Origin: Candidatus Cloacimonadota bacterium
GTDB taxonomy: Bacteria > Cloacimonadota > Cloacimonadia > Cloacimonadales > JAMOQM01
Direction of reading: 5' to 3'
DNA length: 58,680 nucleotides
NCBI GenBank assembly: GCA_027064005.1
Contig: JAMOQM010000030.1
Span: 1 to 58,680 of the forward strand
A program made the translations under genes and the position numbers. The number at the start of each line of letters is the position of its first letter. The stretch's first letter is position 1. The notes below the pieces were generated by a model. It searched no databases. It was not told the DNA's origin and saw nothing but the letters and a program-made list of their open reading frames with translations. Positions 29,056 through 39,286 of the stretch are shown piece after piece.

Positions 29056-29439
29056 CTACACCCCCTTACTTAAAATTGTTTCAATCTTCGCTTTCATAGT
29101 ATCCGGTGTAAATGGTTTAACAACATAATTATTCACACCTGCCTTCATTGCATCAATTATATCTTCTTTAACACTTCTCGTCGTTACCATTAGAATAGGT
29201 AATTTTGAATACTCAGGTGTACTTCTAATTGTTGTAACCAGTTGTAGTCCATCCATAACCGGCATATTCCAGTCAGTTATAACAAAATTTATGCCGGGTA
29301 TGGTTTTAAGTTTATCCAAAGCTGAAGAACCGTTATCAGCATCTTCTATATCTCTATACCCAAGACGTTTAAGGGTATTTATCACAATCCTTCTCATTGT
29401 TGGTGAATCATCTACTATAAGAAACTTAAGATTAGCCAT
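29056..29439 (-). CDS. cheY: Chemotaxis-type response regulator CheY
   Basis: 127 aa. Near-colinear similarity to E. coli CheY: KFLIVDDSPTMRRIV, FVITDWNMPVMDGL, LPILMVTT, NNYVVKPFT. Confidence 0.85.
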   Translation of the reverse strand: MANLKFLIVDDSPTMRRIVINTLKRLGYRDIEDADNGSSALDKLKTIPGINFVITDWNMPVMDGLQLVTTIRSTPEYSKLPILMVTTRSVKEDIIDAMKAGVNNYVVKPFTPDTMKAKIETILSKGV

Positions 29440-29456
29440 TTAACCTCCCAAAAAGC

Positions 29457-30338
29457 CTATTTTATTATACTTAAAAAAGACGGAATTTTTTCTATCTCTT
29501 TATTTACATCAGTGATTGTTTTTTCTATATCCAAATTTATATATCTTGGAGAATATTCTTTAATGATATCCCAAGCTTCAGCGTTTTCTAAATCAATTTC
29601 TTCAAAATTTATGGATTGTCCAATTTCGTTTTGTTTAACAAATTTATCAGCTAAAGAAACTATTGCGGATAATATTGGACTCTCTTCTGCTAATTTCGGA
29701 AAATGGTGAAATCTTATACTTTCTACTAAATTTGATGGTAATTTCCATTTTTCTGCTAACCAAGCTCCGATATCCATATGGTTCACGCCTAAAAAATCTT
29801 CCTCAACTTTATAATTAATCAATTTATCTTTCAAAATTTTATCGTTAATTTCGCAATAATCTTCAAAAAAATACTGTTCAAAAATTATTTTTCCAATATC
29901 GTGAATCAATCCGGCTGTAAATTCTTCTCCATGCATTCTAATTCTCAATACTCTACAAAGTAATCTGCTGATATGAGCAGTAGCCAAAGAATGTTCCCAA
30001 AATTTTTCTAAATCTAAAGAAGAAGATGACGTATCCGATTGAAAAGTTTTAAAGAGTGATATGGAAAGAATGATATTTGTTACTTCTTCTATTCCTAGAA
30101 TTACTAACGATAACTTAATAGTATCAATTTTTTTCCTCATTCCATAATAAGCAGAATTAGCAATGCGCAAAACTTTACTTGTAAGAGAGGGATCTGCCGA
30201 TATTATTTTGGCAATACTCATCATAGATGAATTATTATCCCCCAACAAATCTAACAATTGACTGGCAATCGTAGGTAAAGTTGGCAAATTATCAATACTG
30301 TTCAGTTTTTCAGTAATATCATTTTTTTCTAAACTCAC
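29457..30338 (-). CDS. HDOD-domain signalling protein
   Basis: 293 aa. LPTLPTIASQLL...DPSLTSKVLRIANSAYYG and GLIHDIGK are typical HDOD features. Confidence 0.8.
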   Translation of the reverse strand: MSLEKNDITEKLNSIDNLPTLPTIASQLLDLLGDNNSSMMSIAKIISADPSLTSKVLRIANSAYYGMRKKIDTIKLSLVILGIEEVTNIILSISLFKTFQSDTSSSSLDLEKFWEHSLATAHISRLLCRVLRIRMHGEEFTAGLIHDIGKIIFEQYFFEDYCEINDKILKDKLINYKVEEDFLGVNHMDIGAWLAEKWKLPSNLVESIRFHHFPKLAEESPILSAIVSLADKFVKQNEIGQSINFEEIDLENAEAWDIIKEYSPRYINLDIEKTITDVNKEIEKIPSFLSIIK

Positions 30339-30366
30339 TATTTTTTCTCCTCTTATAACTTAAAAC

Positions 30367-30395
30367 AATATATTCTCTGGCAAAAAAACAGTCAA
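30367..30395 (-). promoter_or_regulatory. Sigma-70-type promoter of the HDOD/CheY operon
   Basis: On the minus strand: TTGACT (30395-30390), a 17-nt spacer, then TATATT (30372-30367), ~30 nt upstream of the ATG at 30338. Confidence 0.55.
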
Positions 30396-30441
30396 CTGAT
30401 TTAATTATTTTCATTTAATCTATAAATGAAAATTTTATTAT

Positions 30442-30470
30442 AAAAAAAAACTGCCTTTGCAGGCAGTTTT
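30442..30470 (-). terminator. Rho-independent terminator after the porin gene
   Basis: Stem ctgcct/aggcag (30451-56 / 30461-66) with loop ttgc. The plus-strand A-run 30442-30450 is a 9-nt U-tract on the minus strand. It lies 20 nt downstream of the stop at 30487. Confidence 0.75.
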
Positions 30471-30486
30471 AATTCAATTTTATACC

Positions 30487-31662
30487 TTAGAAAGAATATC
30501 TGAGGAAACTTGAAAGTTCATAGAAATTATCAACATCGTCACCAAAATATCCATCTCCAGGAATTGCATAAGCACCAACGAGTTTGAATTCAACGTTCTT
30601 ATCAAGTTTTTTTGATAAACCAAGATCAAATTCGGTTCCCATTGCTGTTTCGCCATTTTCATTATCTTCTACAGAGTTTACCACACCAACAGCAGCATTT
30701 ACATCCATGTAACTTAAAGGATATGAAGCTGTTAAAACAGCACTTATTAGACCTAAATCACCATTACCTGGACCATTCCAACCTTGTTGTACACTATCAT
30801 TTACACCCTGACCGAAGATTTCAAGACCGTTAACATAATATTCAGAAATTGTGTTAAAGATTGTTGTTGATTCAGCATCGCTTCCGTCATCACCGGAAGT
30901 ATATAGGAAATCAAATCCTATATTTGCAACTGTTTTGTATTTAGCTTTTAAAGCAAATGCATAACCACCGTTAGTTATATCGGAACCGTCAGCTGCAGCA
31001 TCTTTGTATGAACCCAAATTATAAGCAGCTTTTAAATCTAAAGAAAGAGCATTCATATTTAAGGAATAGTAAGGCATAAACCACATATCCAAGTTGTCCC
31101 CGCCATTACTTCTTTCAATAATATTTTGCATTCCGAAAGTTTTTCCTCTTGCAAAATTTAAGAAGAATAAATCAAGATCATCATCTTTAGCAATGTCATT
31201 TTCTTCTAATTTAGCAGTACCAAATTGAAGATCAAAATTTCTAACTTTTGTACTAAACATCATAGCAGGAAAATCATCATCTAAAACCAAACTATCATGA
31301 TCATACCAAGCTTGAAGACCAATTGTAGCATTAATTGGTAAATTAGGACATTTAAATTGCATGTAAGCATGTTTTGTTTCTACGTTAATTCCATCATTAC
31401 CTAAATCGGCACTTGGACTTGTTCCCCATTTTAAATCACCAACTTCAACTTGCCAAACCATTTTAGCATTTTCATTGAAAGAGTTAGCAAATTTCATTCT
31501 TAAACGAGAATCTACCCAGCTATTTGATGGAGCACCATCACCTATACCGTTAAAAAGAGCCATTCTAGTGCGAAGTTTACCGTTAACAGTAAATCCGTTT
31601 TGTGCAAACAATGATGCACCCAACAACCCTAATAACAGCACGACCACAATGATTTTTTTCAT
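30487..31662 (-). CDS. Outer-membrane porin-like beta-barrel protein
   Basis: Start moved to the ATG at 31662, preceded by the SD aaggagg. Signal peptide KKIIVVVLLLGLLGASLFA; alternating beta-strand pattern; ends ...FLRYSF. Confidence 0.6.
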   Translation of the reverse strand: MKKIIVVVLLLGLLGASLFAQNGFTVNGKLRTRMALFNGIGDGAPSNSWVDSRLRMKFANSFNENAKMVWQVEVGDLKWGTSPSADLGNDGINVETKHAYMQFKCPNLPINATIGLQAWYDHDSLVLDDDFPAMMFSTKVRNFDLQFGTAKLEENDIAKDDDLDLFFLNFARGKTFGMQNIIERSNGGDNLDMWFMPYYSLNMNALSLDLKAAYNLGSYKDAAADGSDITNGGYAFALKAKYKTVANIGFDFLYTSGDDGSDAESTTIFNTISEYYVNGLEIFGQGVNDSVQQGWNGPGNGDLGLISAVLTASYPLSYMDVNAAVGVVNSVEDNENGETAMGTEFDLGLSKKLDKNVEFKLVGAYAIPGDGYFGDDVDNFYELSSFLRYSF

Positions 31663-31706
31663 CTTACCTCCTTTGTTTTGAATGAAGCATATTAATTTTT
31701 TATGCT

Positions 31707-32990
31707 TCACATTTTTTTTATAGGAATAAAATTTATGGTTTTAACACCCGAAATATAATTACCGTTAAAATCTTTAGTATTTTTTAGAATGGTTATTTTG
31801 TAGGACATATAGTTGTTAAGTTTTCTTTTAGGAACCATTATAAAATTAATCCCATCGGATTTAATTAATCTCACATCTATACATTTTTTCGTCTCATTTG
31901 AAATTAGATTTAGGTACAAATCTTTGTCAAGAATTATTTCCGAGAAAGATATTTTTATTATCGGTTCAAGTGAATTTATCACCGCCCCGTCTTTAGGAAA
32001 AGTACTAATAATTTTGGGTGGTATTGTATCAGTTACCGCAACTCCATGAAACTCCTTAAAAATCGAAGTATTAAGGTTATTTTTCAGGTCGGATATTGAC
32101 TCAATTTTTAGGGCATAATCAAGCGTATCTAAAGTTTCACACAACAATTTCAGTTCGCTTTTATCTTTCCATAATTTTAATATATTTTTTTTTATTTTTA
32201 GTGAATCATTAGTAACAATTTCAATATTTTTCAACAGCTGGACATCTTCTGAGAATAAAACATTTATGTGATTTGCATCAATAGCTTTAATACTTTTGAC
32301 AACCGGTTTGGAGGTGTCAGCGTAAGCTAATTCAAAATTAATATTTTGTTTTTTTAGTAATCCGGATTTTTTTTCACAAAAGGGTTCTTTAATATAATCA
32401 TAATAATGATTTTTATTTTTGTCTGCAAATACTCTAATTACATATTTTTCGTTATTTAGGAAATTAAGAGCATAATCTTGAGAAAAAATATCTTTTTTAA
32501 AGATAAAAATTGAATCAGATGAAAGAAGGTTTAAAAGAATCGGGTATTTAGAATCTTTATTATTCTCAAACGATATCTTTCCACTAATTGAATTTTCTTG
32601 TAATTTACCGGCTCGATAAACTATAACGTAATTTTTATCCAAGGTATTAAAATGCCAACCTTTAATACGATCAGTAAAATTAAAATAATAATTATTATCT
32701 TTCATTAAAGTATCTTGAAAGGAAATTATAGCAGTATCATTTTCCCATTCAATTCTCTTTTCTAAAATCGGTGGATAAATATATAGACCGTTTAAGAAAG
32801 ATTTCCGGTCCATATGCTTTGAAAAGGTGATTTTAATCTGTTTCTCAAGACTTATGTCAGTAAACTCTTCAGGCTCTATTAATATTATTTTTGGATTTAT
32901 CTTATCGTCTTTTCCTCCGGTAAGTGATTTTTTTTTACCACATCCAAAGAGAACTAACAAAATAATGAATAACTTAAAAACCTTTTTCAA
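31707..32990 (-). CDS. Lipoprotein with SbsA/Big_5-like Ig domains
   Basis: 427 aa with lipobox LVLFGC. Two segments of the type P.I....P.dg..i......I.I.FS..m (PKIILIEPEEF...IKITFSKHM and PKIISTFPKDGAVINSLEPIIKISFSE). Confidence 0.5.
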   Translation of the reverse strand: MKKVFKLFIILLVLFGCGKKKSLTGGKDDKINPKIILIEPEEFTDISLEKQIKITFSKHMDRKSFLNGLYIYPPILEKRIEWENDTAIISFQDTLMKDNNYYFNFTDRIKGWHFNTLDKNYVIVYRAGKLQENSISGKISFENNKDSKYPILLNLLSSDSIFIFKKDIFSQDYALNFLNNEKYVIRVFADKNKNHYYDYIKEPFCEKKSGLLKKQNINFELAYADTSKPVVKSIKAIDANHINVLFSEDVQLLKNIEIVTNDSLKIKKNILKLWKDKSELKLLCETLDTLDYALKIESISDLKNNLNTSIFKEFHGVAVTDTIPPKIISTFPKDGAVINSLEPIIKISFSEIILDKDLYLNLISNETKKCIDVRLIKSDGINFIMVPKRKLNNYMSYKITILKNTKDFNGNYISGVKTINFIPIKKM

Positions 32991-33609
32991 GTAACCAATC
33001 CTGTGTAATTTTATTTGTATTTTTTAACTCAATTTGTCTTAAAATATATTTTCCCAAAACATCAAATTCAATATTAATGATGTCATTTTCGCGTAAATTC
33101 GGCAAATTTGTCATACTCAAAGTATGAGATATTACGGCTACCATAAATGTGTTATGAGATATTTCAGCTAAAGTTAGGCTGATACCGTTAATAGCAATTG
33201 ATCCTTGCGGAACAATTAAACCTTGATACTTATCATCAAATAATATTTTAAAATAAACAGTTTCCCCAATATTATTTTTTTGAATGATTTTGCCAATTGT
33301 ATCGATATGACCTTGAACGATATGTCCGTCAAATCTGCCGTTAGCAACCATTGCTCTCTCAAGATTAATTCTGTCATTAATTTTCCAGAAATCAGCAGTA
33401 GTTTTTTTTATTGTTTCATTCATCGCTTCAACAACAATACTATCTTTTGAAAAATCAATTACAGTCAAACAAATACCATTACAGGCAACGCTATCACCTA
33501 TTTTTAATGATGATAAAATTAAAGAACAACGAATTCTAAAATATTTTTTTAGACCTTTATGTTCTATTTTTGCTAAAACACCTTTTTCTTCAACAATTCC
33601 GGTAAACAT
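32974..33609 (-). CDS. ribE: Riboflavin synthase
   Basis: 211 aa. Begins MFTGIVEE.G and has the internal duplication with GDS(V)A.NGICLTV / GSIAINGISLTL. Confidence 0.9.
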   Translation of the reverse strand: MFTGIVEEKGVLAKIEHKGLKKYFRIRCSLILSSLKIGDSVACNGICLTVIDFSKDSIVVEAMNETIKKTTADFWKINDRINLERAMVANGRFDGHIVQGHIDTIGKIIQKNNIGETVYFKILFDDKYQGLIVPQGSIAINGISLTLAEISHNTFMVAVISHTLSMTNLPNLRENDIINIEFDVLGKYILRQIELKNTNKITQDWLLEKGF

Positions 33610-34202
33610 TAAACCTCAAATCTTCGATCAAAAGCATTTGCTATTGTGATAGAATTAGTATATTCTAAATTTCCGCCGAATGGAAGTCCAATAGAAAGTC
33701 TGGTAATTTTTAAACCGAGAGGTTTGCATTCATCTGCGATAAAATTAATAGTGGTTTCTCCTTCCGTAGAAGGATCAAGAGCGAGAATTAATTCTTTAGA
33801 GCCCAATTCTTTGATAAAAGCCAGCAATTGAGGAAAGTTAATTTCTTCTGGTCCAACGCCATCTAAAGGCGAAAGCAAATTCCCAAGCACAAAATATCGA
33901 CCGTGGAACATATTTGTTTTTTCTACCAATATTACATCTTGAGAAGATTCCACAATACAAATTGAACTGTTGTCGCGAGATAAATCAGTACAATATTCAC
34001 AAGGTTCCGATTCAGAAAGATAATTACATTTTGAACATTTTTTGAAGCTATAAACCGCATCTTCAATAGATTTTGCCAAACTTAGGGCATTTTCTTTATC
34101 GCCGTTTACAAGAAAAAAAGCTAGACGTTGAGCAGTTTTTTTCCCAACGCCCGGCAATTTCCGTAAGTCAAATTCTAATTTTTCTAATTTTTCAGAAGCC
34201 AT
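33609..34202 (-). CDS. recR: Recombination protein RecR
   Basis: 197 aa. LPGVGKKTAQRLAF (HhH), C4 zinc finger CSKCNYLSESEPCEYC, Toprim segment. Confidence 0.9.
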   Translation of the reverse strand: MASEKLEKLEFDLRKLPGVGKKTAQRLAFFLVNGDKENALSLAKSIEDAVYSFKKCSKCNYLSESEPCEYCTDLSRDNSSICIVESSQDVILVEKTNMFHGRYFVLGNLLSPLDGVGPEEINFPQLLAFIKELGSKELILALDPSTEGETTINFIADECKPLGLKITRLSIGLPFGGNLEYTNSITIANAFDRRFEV

Positions 34203-34206
34203 AGAT

Positions 34207-34533
34207 TTAGAATAATCCGGGTATTTTCATTCCACCGGTAATTTTCCCTAAGTTATTTTCGCTATCTTTATCAATTTTGTCTTTAGCTTCAGTGAAAGCT
34301 GCAATAATTAAATCTTCGAGCATTTCAACATCTTCCGGATCAACAGCTTCCGGATCGATTTTTAAATTCTTTATTTCGTATTTTCCGTTCATTTGTAAAG
34401 TTACCATTCCGCCACCGGCTGAAGCATCGACAATTTTATTAGCAGCCTCTTCTTGAGCTTTTAAAAGATCTTTTTGCATCTTTTGGGCTTGCTTCATTAA
34501 ATCTTTCATTCCTTTTTTTCCACCTGCAAACAT
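34207..34533 (-). CDS. ybaB: YbaB/EbfC family nucleoid-associated protein
   Basis: 108 aa. MKQAQKMQKDL...ASAGGGMVTLQMNG...DPEDVEMLEDLIIAAF; adjacent to recR, as is typical. Confidence 0.85.
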   Translation of the reverse strand: MFAGGKKGMKDLMKQAQKMQKDLLKAQEEAANKIVDASAGGGMVTLQMNGKYEIKNLKIDPEAVDPEDVEMLEDLIIAAFTEAKDKIDKDSENNLGKITGGMKIPGLF

Positions 34534-34554
34534 ATTAACTCCTTGTTTTTAAGT

Positions 34555-34583
34555 AAAAAAAACCGGAATAATCCGGTTTTTTT
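34555..34583 (-). terminator. Bidirectional-looking rho-independent terminator after the ppiD-like gene
   Basis: aaaaaaaaccgga-ataa-tccggttttttt: a GC core stem ccgga/tccgg flanked by A and T runs, 9 nt downstream of the stop at 34592. Confidence 0.7.
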
Positions 34584-34591
34584 GCATTATT

Positions 34592-36376
34592 TTAGAAAAA
34601 TTCTTTTCTATTATCAATTGGATTAGCTTTTTTAAGCATATCTTGATACCAATCTTGATATCTTTCGTTTTCAGCTTTTGTTTGAGCTTTTTTCATCAAA
34701 GATTCTTTATCTTTTTCAAAAGCTTTCATATCAGCTTCAGTTCTTTTTATAACATTGGCAAGATAAGCACCGCTTTTACCTTTAATCAATTTTGTAAACT
34801 CGCCAACTTTTGTCGCAAAAATTGCTTTATTGAGTTCTTCGTCTTTACCTATTTTTGGTAAATAACCGTTTAATTTCAAATTCTTTTTATCAACAATATC
34901 CCAATTTTCGGCTTTAGCTTTTTCAAAATAATCTTTAGGCTGATATTTTTTTACAAATTCATCCGCTTTCTTTTGAACAGCTTCAATTTTCTTTTCTTTT
35001 TGGATAATGCGTTTGATATTATCTTTTACATCCTCAAAAGCAATATAATGATCGCCAACTTTCATAGTTATTTTTGCAACAAAATATTCGCCTTTTGCAT
35101 TTGAAATTGCCTCGGAAACATCATTAACATTTCCGTCGAAAGCGAATTTAATTAATTTATCTTCTCTTCCTATTCCGGGAATATAAGAAGCATCTTTATA
35201 GAATTCTTTTGTTGTTTGAGGTTTTAAAGCCATTTTTTTAGCAACTTCATCAAAATCACCGGTTTTAATTTTTTGTGCAAATTGTTCTGCTTGGAATTTT
35301 ACATTATCTTTAGTTTTTTGAGAAGGCTCAACTCTTAATAATATATGACTTGCTTTGATTTCAATTTTTCCGTCTTTCCCTTTTCTTTGATCGTATTTTT
35401 TGATAATATGATAACCAAATCTAGTTTTAATTGGTTTACTGATTCCACCTTTTTTCAAAGCAAAAGCTGCATCTTCAAAAGGTTTAATCATTCTTCCTTT
35501 TCCAAACCACCCTAAATCTCCTCCGTTTTTTGCACTTCCGTCCTGAGAATATTTTTTTGCTAAAGCGGCAAAGTTAGCTTTTCCCTTAGTTAATTGATTA
35601 TAAATATCATTGATTTTAATCTCAACATCTTTGTTATCTTGAGGTGATGGTTTCAAAGCGAATTTTACAAATTCCAATTTTCTGGCATCGCCTTTTTTAT
35701 AATCTTCTTTATGAGACTCATAATATTTTTTAAGTTCATCATCAGATACTTTTACATCTTTGATTTTTTTATAATCGAAGAAAATAATTCTTGTATCAAC
35801 TTTAGTATTATCTTCAACATATTGTTTTTTAACATCTTTTTCCGTAACCTTAGCTTCGGATTTTATGTGATTGTATAATTTTGTATAAGGTAAATTTCCT
35901 CTTACATAACCGTCTAACCAATCAAGATTAACCGGATCACCGGTAGTCAAAGCTTTCATATATTTTTGATAATCAAATTTCCCGTCTGTTTGGAAAACAC
36001 TAGCGTTTTTAATCATATCAGGTGGGTTATTTTTAAGTTCATTAATAACATCATCGTCTGTTACTTTAATGTGTAAGCGTTTAATTTCCTTATCATAAAT
36101 AGATTTTTGAATAAGATTTTGCCAAGTTTGATCGTTAAGTTTCTTCATTGTTTTATCATCAAGGCTTGCATCAGGATTTTTTTGCATATAATTTGAAATT
36201 GTATTTTTCAAATCTGCGGAATATTCAGGATAATTTATTTTCTTCCCAAAAATTTTCCCCACGAAAGGTTGTCTTCTAAAAAAATTACCGGTTCCCATAA
36301 GAACCATTCCAACAATAAACAAAAAAGCAATACCTATAATAATTGGTTTTGACTGATTTCTAAGCTTTTTCAGCAT
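34592..36376 (-). CDS. Periplasmic chaperone / parvulin-type peptidyl-prolyl isomerase (PpiD/SurA-like)
   Basis: 594 aa with an N-terminal TM anchor, a SurA_N-like region and a parvulin core ([21 protein letters not shown]...FGYHIIK). Confidence 0.7.
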   Translation of the reverse strand: MLKKLRNQSKPIIIGIAFLFIVGMVLMGTGNFFRRQPFVGKIFGKKINYPEYSADLKNTISNYMQKNPDASLDDKTMKKLNDQTWQNLIQKSIYDKEIKRLHIKVTDDDVINELKNNPPDMIKNASVFQTDGKFDYQKYMKALTTGDPVNLDWLDGYVRGNLPYTKLYNHIKSEAKVTEKDVKKQYVEDNTKVDTRIIFFDYKKIKDVKVSDDELKKYYESHKEDYKKGDARKLEFVKFALKPSPQDNKDVEIKINDIYNQLTKGKANFAALAKKYSQDGSAKNGGDLGWFGKGRMIKPFEDAAFALKKGGISKPIKTRFGYHIIKKYDQRKGKDGKIEIKASHILLRVEPSQKTKDNVKFQAEQFAQKIKTGDFDEVAKKMALKPQTTKEFYKDASYIPGIGREDKLIKFAFDGNVNDVSEAISNAKGEYFVAKITMKVGDHYIAFEDVKDNIKRIIQKEKKIEAVQKKADEFVKKYQPKDYFEKAKAENWDIVDKKNLKLNGYLPKIGKDEELNKAIFATKVGEFTKLIKGKSGAYLANVIKRTEADMKAFEKDKESLMKKAQTKAENERYQDWYQDMLKKANPIDNRKEFF

Positions 36377-36494
36377 TATTCCTCCTAACTATATTTAGTC
36401 TTTATTTTTTCGATACAGAACTTTTAAAAAGTACTGATTTTATGCAATAAAAAAATATTTTTTTTTCTAAAAATAATTTATTACAGTAATTTAT

Positions 36495-38216
36495 TTAAGC
36501 AATTATCTTATTTCCCGTATATAATTTATGATAATAACTATGTTTTTCCATTAACTCATTGTGGTTACCTTTTTCAACAACAACACCATCTTTCAACACA
36601 TAAATCAAATCTGAATTTCTAATCGTTGATAATCTGTGAGCAATAATCAAAGTGGTTCTATTTACACTTAATCTATCCATTGCATCTTGAATATATTTTT
36701 CGGAAGTTGTGTCAAGAGAAGAAGTTGCCTCATCGAAAATCAAAATAGGCGGATTTTTTAGAAACACCCTCGCAATCGAAATTCTTTGTTTTTGACCACC
36801 GGAAAGTTTTACTCCGCGTTCTCCAATCAAAGTATCCAATCCGTCCGGAAGGCTATCAATAAATTCCCGGATATTAGCATTTTTTGCAGCTTGAATAATT
36901 TCATCATCAGAAGCTTCCGGATTCCCATAAAGAATATTATCTTTAATTGTCGAATCAAATAAAAAAACACTTTGTCTAACAATTCCAATATTTTCTCGCA
37001 ATGATTTTTGGGTTATTTTTTTAATCTCGTTTCCATCAATTAAAATTTCACCTTTTTGGGTATCGTAAAATCTGGCTATTAAAGAAATCAAAGTAGATTT
37101 CCCCGCTCCTGATTCTCCCACAATCGCAATTTTTTCACCTTTATTTACTTTGATATTAATATCGCGAAGAATAAGATCTTTTGAGGAATTGTATTTAAAA
37201 TCTACATTCTTAAATTCTATATTTCCTTCAATATTAAGAAGATTTTTTGCATCTTTAGAATCCTTAATATCAGGATTAATATCCATAATTTCGATAAATC
37301 TTTCAAATGCAGCTGAACCTTGTTGGAACTGTTCCGTAAAATTTATCAAACGCGTTATCGGATTCAAAATAAAATTTATATAAAGCGTGAAAGCTATTAA
37401 ATCCGATAATTCCAATTGATTGTGAAAAATCAAATATGCCCCATATCCAATGACAATCAAATAATAAATATCTGTTAAAAAACTCATACCGGAATGGAAA
37501 GTTGCCATAATTCCATACATATTTTCTTTAGCAGATTTGAATCTTGTATTCACAAAATCAAATTTATCTTGTTCTAATTCTTCATTAGCATAGGATTTAA
37601 CTTCTCGAATTCCCTGAACAGAATTTTCCACACTGCTGTTTATATCGGCAATTCTTTTTCTAACTTTTCGGAAACCGGATTTCATCTTGCGACCATAAGT
37701 TAATCCCCACAAAACTAAAATCGGTAACGGAATCAAAGTAACTAAAGCTAATTTGGAATTAAACTGAAACATTGCATAAAACGAGCCAACAAGAATAAAG
37801 ATAGAAATTATCAAATCTTCGGGTGCGTGATGAGCAACTTCGGCAATCATATTCAAATCGTTAGAAATTCTCGACATAATATGACCGGTTTTAACGTTGT
37901 CAAAATAGGAAAAAGAAAGTTTTTGGATATGACGAAATATTTTATTCCTCATATCGTATTCCATTCTGACCCCAAGAAAATGTCCCCATTTAACTCTGAT
38001 ATACATACTGATAGTTTTGAAAATCATAATTGCCAACATTATTGAGACAATTATTACCATTGCGTGAAAATCTTTAGCCGGGATTATATCATGCAATAGT
38101 TTTCTGGTTAAAGCGGGAAATAAAATTGAAAGGATTGCCGATAAAAAAGCAAATGACATATCCAAAGTAAAAAGTCCCAAATGAGGTTTGTAAAAACTAA
38201 TAAATCTTTTTAACAT
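36495..38216 (-). CDS. ABC exporter, fused permease/ATPase (MsbA-like)
   Basis: 573 aa. Six-TM exporter domain, Walker A GESGAGKST, signature LSGGQKQR, Walker B ILIFDEATS. Confidence 0.85.
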   Translation of the reverse strand: MLKRFISFYKPHLGLFTLDMSFAFLSAILSILFPALTRKLLHDIIPAKDFHAMVIIVSIMLAIMIFKTISMYIRVKWGHFLGVRMEYDMRNKIFRHIQKLSFSYFDNVKTGHIMSRISNDLNMIAEVAHHAPEDLIISIFILVGSFYAMFQFNSKLALVTLIPLPILVLWGLTYGRKMKSGFRKVRKRIADINSSVENSVQGIREVKSYANEELEQDKFDFVNTRFKSAKENMYGIMATFHSGMSFLTDIYYLIVIGYGAYLIFHNQLELSDLIAFTLYINFILNPITRLINFTEQFQQGSAAFERFIEIMDINPDIKDSKDAKNLLNIEGNIEFKNVDFKYNSSKDLILRDINIKVNKGEKIAIVGESGAGKSTLISLIARFYDTQKGEILIDGNEIKKITQKSLRENIGIVRQSVFLFDSTIKDNILYGNPEASDDEIIQAAKNANIREFIDSLPDGLDTLIGERGVKLSGGQKQRISIARVFLKNPPILIFDEATSSLDTTSEKYIQDAMDRLSVNRTTLIIAHRLSTIRNSDLIYVLKDGVVVEKGNHNELMEKHSYYHKLYTGNKIIA

Positions 38217-38977
38217 AAAACTCCCTTAATCTTTTTAAAATCAAACAAATTTCCATCACTTAAATGAGATAGATTTATATTTGATTGAGCAGCTAAAAGG
38301 CTATTTTTTAATTGAGGAATATCGTGAGATAATTCATCTATATATTTTTTAATCTTCGCTCTTTCATTTTGAGAAGCATACACACAACTATTTGCCAAAA
38401 TCGGAAAATCCTTAAATTTTGCATATTCGATAATTTCATCTTCAGCAACATAAATAAGAGGACGAATTATACTGCGTTGTCCGTCATCAGTAACATATTT
38501 TGGAGGAAGACTTTGAATTTTTCCACCGAAAAAGAGGTTCATCAACAAAGTCTCATTTGCATCATCTCGATGATGCCCCAAAGCAATTACATTTGCGTTA
38601 ATTTCATCTGCATAACCATAGATAAAACCGCGTCTGAGTCTGGCACAAAAAGCACAATATGAATCATTTTGTGATTTCTTTTCCAAGATAATTTTATCGA
38701 TTGGAGAATTTATAATTTTCAATTCAACACCCATTTCTGAACATTTTTCCCTAATTTCTTCATCATTATTTGATTTCAGATTGCTATTAATTTTCACTGC
38801 AAAAATGTTAAAATTTATCGGAGCCGATTTTCTTAATCCGAGCAAAATATCCAACAAAACCCAAGAATCCTTGCCTCCTGATAATCCTACTAAAATCCTA
38901 TCACCCTCAGAAATCAGGTTAAAATCAAATATCGCTTTCCCGGTTTTATGTCGAATTTTCTTCTCAAATTTATTCAT
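38210..38977 (-). CDS. ttcA: tRNA 2-thiocytidine biosynthesis protein TtcA (PP-loop ATPase)
   Basis: 255 aa. PP-loop SGGKDS and CAFCARLRRG Fe-S/CxxC motif. Confidence 0.75.
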   Translation of the reverse strand: MNKFEKKIRHKTGKAIFDFNLISEGDRILVGLSGGKDSWVLLDILLGLRKSAPINFNIFAVKINSNLKSNNDEEIREKCSEMGVELKIINSPIDKIILEKKSQNDSYCAFCARLRRGFIYGYADEINANVIALGHHRDDANETLLMNLFFGGKIQSLPPKYVTDDGQRSIIRPLIYVAEDEIIEYAKFKDFPILANSCVYASQNERAKIKKYIDELSHDIPQLKNSLLAAQSNINLSHLSDGNLFDFKKIKGVLC

Positions 38978-39204
38978 CTATTTCCTCATTAGTTAATGGT
39001 TTCACAAATTTTATTAATACATATTTGTCAACTTCAATAAGAAATTTACCTGCACTCCCCAAAATTTTACGGAAAAATACTAATGAATGAAAGAAAGAAA
39101 GTTTCTAATTCAATTCATAATTATTAAAATTCACGATTTTCTTATTCCCACTAAATATTAGAAGAGGTAAAATGGCAACTTGCCAGGTAAATTTATAAAA
39201 AAAA

Positions 39205-39231
39205 TTAGCAGTCTTAAATTTAGTTTGACAA
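39205..39231 (+). promoter_or_regulatory. Degenerate distal CIRCE-like element overlapping the -35 box
   Basis: TTAGCAGTC-N9-GTTTGACAA compared with the consensus TTAGCACTC-N9-GAGTGCTAA. The left arm is good and the right arm poor. Confidence 0.3.
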
Positions 39232-39252
39232 TTTTAAGTGTTTGATTATCTT
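39225..39252 (+). promoter_or_regulatory. Sigma-70-type promoter of hrcA-grpE-dnaK
   Basis: TTGACA (39225-30), a 16-nt spacer, then TATCTT (39247-52), directly upstream of the proximal CIRCE-like element. Confidence 0.5.
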
Positions 39253-39259
39253 GTCATTG

Positions 39260-39286
39260 TTAGCAGAACAACAAAGAGATTGCTAA
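39260..39286 (+). promoter_or_regulatory. CIRCE-like HrcA operator
   Basis: TTAGCAGAA-N9-GATTGCTAA has the 9-9-9 geometry of CIRCE, with outer TTAGCA/TGCTAA arms intact. It lies between the promoter and the hrcA start. Confidence 0.6.

Noticed and set aside
32974-33700. FMN riboswitch near ribE
   Set aside because: ribE overlaps both neighbouring genes (recR upstream by 1 nt, the lipoprotein gene downstream by 17 nt). There is no leader region in which a riboswitch could sit.
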